From Phoronis australis (lineage: Eukaryota; Animalia; Phoronida), in the NCBI GenBank assembly GCA_002633005.1, contig NMRA01000025.1, forward strand, positions 1,568,548 through 1,632,547: a stretch of DNA of 64,000 nucleotides, written 5' to 3'. Made by a program: the position numbers and the translations under genes. Shown piece after piece: positions 54,688 through 64,000 of the stretch. Position 1 is the stretch's first letter, and each line of letters starts with the position of its first letter. Below the pieces are notes generated by a model. The model ran no database searches. It worked only from the letters and a program-made list of their open reading frames with translations, and was not told the DNA's origin.

Positions 54688-56876
54688 GTTGATGTTCTTG
54701 GTCACAGCTGGATTCTCAGGTGTTCGAGACATAGTTACTATTTAGTATTTAGGTATATGTGCTTAATCAAGCTATTTCTGTATGCGGAACACTTGAGTAA
54801 AATTAAAGAGCATAATTATTATAATATGTCAGTGAAACTTGATTTGTCTGAAAGAAAATGGTAGACATTGGCATCTATCACTGTACTATTAAATGAATTT
54901 CAAAAAAGATTTGACAAAAACTCACAAATAAATCTGGTTTAAGACATGCGCTTAGGCAAGGGATAGACATCTGTTAATGAAACTTAGGTTCCTATATGTG
55001 ACCCACTCGAGTAAAAAATTGTGGAACACATTAGGCACGTGGGCCTCTATAAGTGCATTTTAAGAAAATGCGAAGTATTTCCTTCCAAACGTTGCTTCGT
55101 GTGTGAACATACCCATTATTTACTATGTCTCACGCTCATCTGGGGGTCTTGTGGTGTGTCCAAAGTATGTGTTGTTTTGCAAATAATTCTTAATCTGATA
55201 AAGCTTTGTTTGTATAGCCAACATAGCATTACTGCATGATGGTGCCCTATATGTTTTGTTTGTTACAGACTGTTACCAACACCAAGTCAACTCGAATCAT
55301 GGAAGACACGTTTGTCAGTACGTGTCTATTTGTACAGTACTATCTCTAATCAACAGTCTTCATGCCAAGTGTTGTTATAAGATTGTATGAACAAATATGC
55401 AAGAACAAACTTGGCTATGGTTTTGTTTTACATAGTATTACATTTATGTTTTTGGGTTAACTAGTCATTCCTCAGCTGTTTAGGATTTTGGACGTTAGTC
55501 ATTTTTGAAATTGTACCATTCCAGTTAAATCACCTATAAACCCATGTTCCATCCAAGAAGCGAACTTCTGATTGAGACCACTTACCACCATAAAATTGAC
55601 TGCAATTTGTCCCTTAGTATGATGAGAAGTGATTTCTGGGTTTGCAAGCAAGCAAGTTCATTATTCCTCGAGACCATACTCGGCGCATAAACTGATTCAC
55701 CATAACAAACGACAAGCCAACTTGCAGAGCCTGGTCTCAACATGATACACTGAGACAAGCCAATTTGCACAGCCTGGTCTCAACAATAACAAACTGTCAG
55801 TTCTTTCGAAGCCTTGAAATCACCTCAGATTTGATCGAGATACCAATATCATAATGGTATATTGTCTAAATCAAGATGCTTTTTGTGATAAAAGATGGGT
55901 CTATAGCCGTTTTAAACATTTTCTGGACATTACAGTCCCATGCACTATACAATTTATGTTATGCAATCATTTTTATTCGCTGCATTCCAGTTCTATTTAC
56001 GTAGCATCCAGATTTCTGTGTCTTGTATATGTGTAATGACTTGTGCATTATTTACCATGGTCATTCGATACAGTATTCGTCATTTTCGGTACCACAATTT
56101 ATGTAGTAATGTACACAATAACGTCACATGGAAATTGAAGAAATTCGTATCGAATGAGCATATTGTTTATGGCTCATTTGTGTCAGTATTGTTTTACATT
56201 CCAAATGTTTTTGCAGCGGCTACTTACTTAAAACTGTTGCACGCATTGTTTACCAAAATGTTTTGACGATACTTTACTGCCAATAAAGCTTTATCATGAC
56301 CTCCAGTTTTGTTGATAATGTGTTCAATATAAGTGTTGTTTCATCGTCATTCCAATTTTAAGATGCACAGTGCCAAGTGCATTAATAACACTGACATATG
56401 TTCCTTGTTGTCCATAAACTTAGGTGATGGGAGAATTCTTTTATGTTATCTTCTTGCTCAACTTCAAAAAGTCAGTCCACTGAGATATCTCTTTTCATTA
56501 CCAATTTTTAAATTGAAATCAGTTTTTGAGTGTTCGTGTTTTGTAGCTGACAAAGTTACTAATAGTCTCTTACAAATTGCCTGAAAGCTGGATCATTGTT
56601 TTCTTTAAATTTCCCGTAGAACTGGTCTTTTTGTAAATCCAAGCCACATCTGACATTTCCAGCTTTCATATGTAATTTTGAGTTCCTTATTATAAAATGT
56701 CTCTGGGGCAAATTAAATGCAATAGATTTAGTCAATGGTGACAATCCTATTAATTTGAGTGACACTGTTAATTTGGCTCAATCTTTAAGCATTGATTTAT
56801 GAAGGAAATACACCTTGCAACAAAGCAATTAGCTAGGCATACTAATTTTGCAAAGTTTTTCCCGTTGGGATGTTAA

Positions 56877-57079
56877 AAGGATACTAAACCCTGTTTTGTT
56901 GATCTCGACCAATCCTCGTTCCGTCACCTAATAATGCCCTACTGGCGTCCCACATGAGTGATAAAAGCACATTAAAAACCCTTCATTGTCACGGGATATT
57001 ATGGTACGGTGGGTGGCCTTTACCTACAGTTGCCGTGTAACTCGCCTAAAGCATAGCTAGGTCACGCTTTCCCGTTTAG
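56877..57079. repeat. Dispersed repeat (copy 2), unclassified
   Basis: Collinear with 47830-48048. Confidence 0.6.
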
Positions 57080-59680
57080 CAGACTTTCTAACAAATTTTC
57101 AAATTTTGATAGAAATATTTGAGGGTTGTCGAGGGTTATAAAGCATAATTTTTTGTTTCAGCGGACTAGTCGCGTTATAATCTTTTAATAGGTCATTAAC
57201 CGAGTTTGGTACACTTTTAAACTAAACATGTTTATTGTCAGATTTTGGTCAATAAATTCCGGGTGTAAAAATATTTCTGATAATGTATCCCTTTTTAAGC
57301 TGCAATAACAAAAGTACATTAATGTAAACAAACACAGTATGTCATGGGAAAACATGCTAAAATGGATTTGGCTGTCTTACTGGGCAATGTTGGCTTTGAA
57401 AATGATGCGAAATGAGGAACATTAGTACTACACACACTCCATGCAAGGAGAACTTGTTTACTGTGGAGGCCCGGTGAAAACTCTGTTTCACAAGACATAA
57501 CTGTGCCTAGTCAGCTCACCATCTCGGGGTGGTCAAAATTCCCTAGCAAACCGCAAGTTTTTGCACACCAGACGACCTGCAATTTCACTCTCATGATACA
57601 CATTAACTTCAAGGCGTTAAGTTGCCTAAGGAATAGAGTTGTTGGTTTTCACTTTTTCACCCTTTTGACAGGCTAGTGTACTTAAATTGGGGACAATAGC
57701 GTGTCCAGTTTATAGTCCCTGAGACTGCAATGCGTCCATTTTGCATTATTGATTTTTCTTAACAATAAACATCAGAGAGCATCTTCTTAAACTACGCGGA
57801 TATGGAGAAAAAAGTTTAACTCTTCCCCTCTACTGAACACACTTGGCCTCAATACATTCTAATGGATATCATAGCCCAGATCTATAAAATACATGAAGAT
57901 AACATGAGTAACAGTACATCATACAATTCAAATTCTTCAATAGCCTGCATAGCAGCAACACAGTGAAACGAGCTTCATCACAAAATGGCAATAGCACACG
58001 TGGTTAGAGGACAGCATTCTTGTAAGGGTATTTAGTGCAGTGGAATTTCCCAACATTCTTTTTTTAACTCTTTCCAACCGCATGGTGTCGTCAAATTGCC
58101 AAAGTTGCATGGTGGGATATTTACACAAAAGTTCCATCTCAAAATGTACTAGAATGAAAGGAATATTCTTTTGACCCCATCAACTTGAAAATGTCTTGCA
58201 CACGTTATGTCAAAGGAATGATGTTTCTGTCGGTGCTCCCACAACACTAAAGCGTTCTGTAAAGAATGTTTATCACAAGACAAAAATGGTCAAGCAGGGG
58301 GTCTAGACCCTCCTTTTAATCCGCACCTGTCAAGACAAAAACCAGCAGCATATCGAGTACTTGAGTACCTGCTGCCCCCTTTATGTTTTAATATTCATAT
58401 CTTAAATGTCATATAACTAACCCCTATAAACCATGTTCAACCATTAAAACAATTTGTTCACAGTTGTAATTAATTTTAGTCTTCCAAAGCAACATCGTCA
58501 TGTTATCTTCTGTTGAAGGTGAAATTGGCTACAATGAATGGTCGTTGCCAGTAATCCCTATTAAAGCCACACTCATATTGGCTCGACGGCTCAAACTCAA
58601 CCTACTACAACAAAGAACTCAATGAACCAAACATGAACAACATAGTAAAAAATATGTAAATTCTTCTCAAGCCTGAAATCATTTCTAAAGACGAGACCAA
58701 TTTTATAATATTAAGCGCCATTGTTTCAAAAGAAATGGTTTTTGACAGCAGGCACGGGCTTATTGCTCAGAATACTGTCATGGATAAACGTAGTCTTTTT
58801 ATTTTAGGGCCAGAATATGTTCTCGCTTTGTGCTCACACCTCCGTGTGCTGTGGTTTTCAATGAAGAAATGCAATATCCACCTTTTGATCACATCAAACT
58901 GTAACTGACACTTGAACAACAATGAAACTTAATTTCTGAATACTACAGTAATTTTTCAACAATTTTGCTAAAAAATAATTGGCAAAATCGTAGTTTTTCT
59001 ATTTTACAAAATCTGATAACCTTCCTCGGAAAAAAATGTCAAATGCCGTTTTATATGTACACAGGAGAAAACAAAATAACAGGCTAAAATTTTCTTAATC
59101 TTTATTTTTGCGGAGAAATTTTACAAAATATGCTATATCATGTGCTGATAAGGTAAAGAATTACAACATAAAGACATATGCCTATTTTTGTATTATTCAC
59201 AGCAAATTGTTGGCACTTGAACATCCCATGTGCACAGCTCCTCATGAAAAGAATCCTCACCAACACCCTCACCAGTCGAGTTTATACAACTCAACTCAGG
59301 CTCGATAACCTTAAAATCCACACCTAACAAAAAAGAAACAATGATCAAGCTTCAGCTGATTTTATCATTTTCTGGAGATTAACTTTTGTAATGAGGCGTA
59401 AAAATGCCCACCATAACATGGTCGTAAACACTGCTTCATCAGTTTTGCTGGGTGGGGCAACATAATGGGCATATTACCAAAGGTCATAAACCAGCAGTAA
59501 TTCTTGGCATGGTGCATCATTACAAAAGGACATAAAGCATGTTAACAGTCCACAACTGGTAGTCCAGGGTGAAGACTGATTGTCTATGGTGGAATCTGAT
59601 TGCCCAGGGTAGTGCCATACGCTTTATGTAAATCAAGGGCAGAATTATTCTTTAAATCACCCAATTTTACTCCTTTACAA

Positions 59681-60006
59681 CTACCTGAGCAACATGGCTC
59701 ATACATTCATGAACACAGCTCCACACCAATTATGAACACTGTTCATAGACTTGTAAACTCAGTTCACCGACTCGTAAACACCATAAATACGACTTATGAA
59801 ACAAAAAAGCATGACATCAGCACCTGTTAACATGGCTTACGGACTCTTTACCGAGTCAAGCATGTATATGTGAGGCAGTGTCATATTTTTGGGTACCTAC
59901 CTACAGGCCATGTATTACGATCGAGGGGCCAAGTTTATGAGTCAGTGAGCAGTTTGTAGGCCCACAAGCCGTGTTCACGAGTGTATGAGCAATGTTGTTC
60001 ATGTAG
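59681..60006. mobile_element. MITE with ~40-bp imperfect TIRs
   Basis: ctacctgagcaacatggctcatacattcatgaacacagct versus the reverse complement of the right end, ctacatgaacaacattgctcatacactcgtgaacacggct. Confidence 0.7.
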
Positions 60007-61711
60007 CCTTTATCAAAGTCACAGATGCACAGTAATGGCTAAACCCAACAGGTAAACTTTATTTGGGTCACATATTGTTTGATAATGAATTTGATCAAGC
60101 AGGGAAGTAATAAAGTAACAGAGACTCCACGTGGAGAACCCTGCTGTGTTTTAGTAGTTCGATTAATCTTTTCAGAACCTAAGTTGAATTCACATGACTA
60201 CCATCACACCTGTGTCATATGAATAATTATTCAATAATATCGTCAAGTCATAAACCTGAAAACACATATGTCAACATTGGATTGCAATTTAATTTCAATT
60301 CACACTTTTTAAAGGATTTTATTGACAATCAAAAAAGTGTTTCTTGACTACATTCGACAAAGAATTGTGCTGCTGGAAAATTACGGTAGGACATTTCTCT
60401 TTTACAGTTTGGAAATGAAAAAAGACTCATTACCAGGAAAAAGTCATCCTTTCATCGAGTTTTGCTCCTGTGACATCCCTTTTAACTTCCATTAATCCCT
60501 TATGGGAAATCTAGTTAGAAAGGTATCCTCATCTTACGGAATCCAAAACAAAATTTTTGAGAGCAAATACCGTATCAAATGCACCAAGTTTAAAAATGAA
60601 TTTGAGCCACCATGAACGGTGTTCTGGTGTCAAAAACAACATTTAATCATAGGCGTATCTGTTCTTCCGTAGCAACGTCATCTCATTTGTAGCCATCGTT
60701 TGGAATGAAATAAGAAAATTAACCACTGGGGAACTTGGTAGAGGTTTAACATAACATAAAAATAAAATTGCCAGAAGAGGGCACAGTGGTAGTCGAATAT
60801 GTTTGAAAGTTCACTTGTGCTGTCCCATCCATTACAGGAACACAATCATCTGCAAAATTTCCCAAAGATCCATCAAGGGGTTTTGGTGATATGCAAATGC
60901 TGGATGGATGCTGGGCAGAGAGATCACGTGCCATAATGCACCCACATAAGGTGCTTTTACACGAGAGACAGTTGTCACAGTGTGAGTTGTCACAGCACGA
61001 CTTGCTCCACTTAAGTCACATTTACAGACTAGATTGCAAACTGGATAAGCACGAGTCACCTGCACTAAGACTGTTCGCACACGCTCACCTAAACAATAGG
61101 AAACGTTCAAACCATGTGGAATGCCAGCAGATCACCCGTATATACACTATTGCGAAAGCACACTGAAAGATGATCCCTTTCCGACCTTTCCAAGTGTCAA
61201 CTCACTCTACCGCCCAAACCCATGTCAAAAATGACCACAGCAATGTGAACTTGCTCCCTGTGAGTCATGTTTACACAAACACTTGCACCCGATCAGCTGT
61301 TCAGTGTTGTTTCTAGACAGCTTTCTCTCATGTAAATGCAACTATACATGTGATGGGCACACGAATTACAGAAGCAGAGACTTACTAATCTCAGGTGTGC
61401 TGAAATAACCCCCATTAACTCACCTACTTCTAATCTTTGGTTTAATAATGACATGCAATTATTTTTATGGCTGAAAATCATTAACCACCTGCAGCCAATT
61501 AGTTACCTTACAAACTAACCAAATTGAACTTCAAACTTTATTAACAAATATTTCAATAAATAAATTGTGCCTAATATTAGAGTACAATGTCAACAATTTA
61601 GAACACAAAATGTCAGACAAATGAAATTTTCATAAAAAATATCTAACACCAAATGAATGCCATAATTGCAGTATAAGATAATCACTTACTTAGAGACGTT
61701 GTAGATTGGGT

Positions 61712-61752
61712 GCAGACATTTCAGCCTTGTCCGCCAGGTCTTCATCAATGAG
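61712..61752 (-). ncRNA. Degenerate minimal hammerhead-ribozyme motif (PLE-type), left arm
   Basis: Minus strand ttgatga-ag-acctg-gcgga-caaggct-gaaat-gtc resembles CUGAUGA-stemII-GAAAC-GUC, with core substitutions. Confidence 0.45.
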
Positions 61753-62457
61753 TGAGGAGTTTCCCGCCTTTCGCAGGTAAGAATGTTCGAATACACGGGA
61801 ATTAAGTGGAGATCTCGGTCCTAGTTCAAGAGAGGGCGCTGAGTGCTGATGTTTATGGACTCTTTTTAACTTGCAAGCATACCAATTCTGTTCTTTGGCT
61901 AAGATCTTGGCTGATGCAAGGGAGAAGGAATATGCAGTCGCCAATATGTGTTCCCCCACAGTTGTGGGTCTGTGTCTAGTTTCTGGTGTTCATTGAATCT
62001 GGTAAGGAACGGTCTCTTGGTTTCTCCAATGTAGGTGTGGTTGGGATCCTGGTCACATTTTAGCTGGTATATGACCCCACAATGTTTCGCTATCGGGGTT
62101 GGGTCTTTGGGTCTAATGGGTTTCAAATATGAAGAAAATCCCAAAGACCCAACCCCGATAGCAAAACAATGTGGGGTCATTTACCAGCTGAAATGTGACC
62201 AGGATCCCAACAACACCTACATTGGAGAAACCAAGAGACCGTTTCTTACCAGATTCAAAGAACTACAGAAACTGGTGACTGGACATTCCATCTCCCTTCC
62301 ATAATCCAAGATCTTAGCCAAAGAACAAAATTGGTATGCTCGCAAGTTAAAAAGAGTCCATAAACATCAGCACTCAGCGCTCTCTCTTGAACAGGGACCG
62401 AGGTCTCCACCTACCTCCCATGTATTTGAATATTCTTAACCAGCGGGAAACTCCCCA

Positions 62458-62499
62458 CTCATTGATAAAGACCTGGCAGACCAGGTTGAAACATCTGCA
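62458..62499 (+). ncRNA. Degenerate minimal hammerhead-ribozyme motif (PLE-type), right arm
   Basis: ttgataa-ag-acctgg-caga-ccaggt-t-gaaac-atc, with a perfect stem II (acctgg/ccaggt) and a mutated CUGAUGA box. Confidence 0.45.
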
Positions 62500-62962
62500 T
62501 CCAATCTACGTCTCTAAGTAAGTGATTATCTTATACTGCAATGCCTCTAGAGACCAATGACCAACCTATTCTCCAGAATGCCATAAAGTTTCTAGTTCGT
62601 TATCACTGCTACATTACGAAAATTCAAAACCATATTAGAATACCTTAAGAAATAAAAAATGGAATAATTGGCAATTATTTTGTCCAAAATTGCCGAGATT
62701 TTGCCATATCATCATCATCATGATTATTATCAGCAAATCTCCTTACAATACGGAATACATTAAAAACATGATATTCATTTTGTAACAACAAATACAAAGT
62801 ACCTCACTGTAACTCCAATAAATAACATAATATCTTCTATATTATTGCAGTAAACAGAATTCAATAAAATTCTACTTCCTGTCTACACCTATATGTGAAG
62901 GCTATTTCACACACAGTCTTATAGAGATCACAGAGTTGCACTGGTCCTTGATCAATTCTTTC

Positions 62963-63366
62963 TCAATTTCGTGCCTCTAAACAAATCATAGCTCTGGCCA
63001 CTCCCAGCGCGGCATCACTGCAGTCACCAATAATTATCGGTAGATTGTAATAATTTTCAATTTCCTGCTGCAAAATAACATTCTTCTTCAGAGCTGCACC
63101 ACTTCCAACAATGCGCTGAACGCCAGACGCCAACAGGAAGTCCAAAGACATCATAGTGTGGAGATTAGTGGCTATGCCTTTGCATAGCGCTCTGTACGTG
63201 CTGCCCAGTGTAATGTTCTGGGCTGTGATGTTAGACACCGTAGCTCTTTGCTCGGGGCAGTGTCGCTCACCGAATATGGTCGGGGAGATGACCAGGTCAG
63301 AGCCTGACGACTCCCTGCCTAGAGAAATTATCTTTTCCCATATTTTATTCTCAGGCACACCAAGAC
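62963..63366 (-). CDS. SHPK: Sedoheptulokinase (FGGY carbohydrate kinase), last coding exon; the rest of the gene is beyond the window
   Basis: Acceptor ttatag at 63367-63372, then PTIFGERHCPEQRATVSNITAQNITLGSTYRALCKGIATNLHTMM...GVQRIVGSGAALKKNVILQQEIE...DAALGVARAM*, matching the SHPK C-terminus as I recall it. Confidence 0.9.
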
Positions 63367-63662
63367 CTATAACAAATATAGATTTAACTGAAGCATTTAC
63401 TGTAAAATCTCAACAAGTTTGTACAAAAACAATGGCTAACATTTATCTTTTTCACATTTCAAAAGCTTATAAAATTGTTCTGAATGCCCATACTTTGTCA
63501 AAGCAATGTCTGATGGTAGCAATTTTTTTAAGAGCACAGCTCGCCAGAAATCGCTTTCGCATTATATTCAGTCTCTCATTCCCTTGCATACATGTTACTA
63601 ATAAGACCAAGCTCAGAGGAGTAGGAGACACATTTGTGCAATGCTCCATTGTCACCCAGTAA

Positions 63663-63731
63663 GGCCAGGATTTGAACCCGGGTCTCCCAAACGCGAGTCC
63701 GGAGCTCAAACTACTGAGCCACACCGTCTCC
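63663..63731 (-). mobile_element. tRNA-derived SINE head (Pol III A/B boxes)
   Basis: Minus strand ggagacggtgTGGCTCAGTAGtttgagctccggactcgcgtttgggagacccGGTTCAAATCCtggcc; it has no proper acceptor stem, so it is not a tRNA. Confidence 0.65.
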
Positions 63732-64000
63732 ACATGGTAGCTATCGTATAAAACTCATTTACTGACGAGAACAACGCCAAGCATTCAGATGCACCCATAA
63801 CTGCACCACATATAGTACGCTTCTTGAGATGTTTATTAGAACATGAAAAGAATCCTATGTTGACACACTCACCCGTCGAGATGGGGCAACTTCACCAGTT
63901 TGTTTAGCACAAAATCTGCCACAACGATCAAAGACATTAAGTAGTTATAGGCAATAACTGCCACAGACTACTGATGTTATCCTTCTCTAGTTAATCAGAC

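Larger units (their letters stand above)
61666..62575. mobile_element. Penelope-like retroelement (PLE) remnant: two inverted GIY-YIG endonuclease/pLTR 3' fragments
   Basis: Both arms encode PKDPTPIAKxCGVIYQLKCDQDPNxTYIGETKRPFLTRFxE and, after a frameshift, RKLKESINI...LNRDRGLHLPPMY, the PLE-type GIY-YIG signature. Arms are ~61666-62111 (-) and ~62140-62542 (+). A direct repeat gaatgccataa flanks the unit at 61655-61665 and 62576-62586. Confidence 0.88.

Noticed and set aside
55269-55317. Exon-like segment (ttacag ... gtacgt) downstream of the TRIM gene
   Set aside because: No partner exons or recognisable protein were found; it could be chance or non-coding and is unsupported without RNA data.
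62035-62304. ORFs crossing the centre of the foldback as a functional GIY-YIG nuclease gene
   Set aside because: The N-terminal halves are antisense read-through of the opposite arm, the domain is frameshifted and truncated, and no RT is present.
63663-63731. Possible tRNA gene
   Set aside because: A and B boxes are present, but acceptor and anticodon stems do not form, so it was called a SINE head.
63873-63940. Possible upstream SHPK exon (gtgag donor at ~63872)
   Set aside because: The required phase-1 frame has a stop codon a few codons upstream and no SHPK-like sequence.

Overview
This is AT-rich, intron-rich metazoan DNA, probably an invertebrate and possibly a mollusc or other lophotrochozoan (inference); it is not prokaryotic. 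Reading splice sites by hand gives four genes. LZTR1 (+) is the 3' half only, 11 coding exons, 668-8955. CPSF1/CPSF160 (-) is complete and convergent with it, 33 coding exons, 44752-10602, 1419 aa. A divergently transcribed TRIM E3 ligase (+, 6 coding exons, 47609-52474, 583 aa) has a TRIM9/67-like RING-B1-B2-coiled-coil and an atypical SPRY-like C-terminus. The last coding exon of sedoheptulokinase SHPK lies at 63366-62963 (-). Introns hold many MITE/foldback elements, a LINE 3' fragment, a tRNA-SINE head and minisatellites. Two gap-adjacent duplications are probably uncollapsed haplotypes, and one of them duplicates a CPSF1 exon. The most striking non-gene structure is a ~910-bp head-to-head inverted Penelope-like (GIY-YIG) retroelement with an 11-bp target-site duplication and a degenerate minimal hammerhead motif in each arm. 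It lies where the SHPK 3' UTR is predicted to run. Most ORFs in the supplied track are spurious or are exon fragments.
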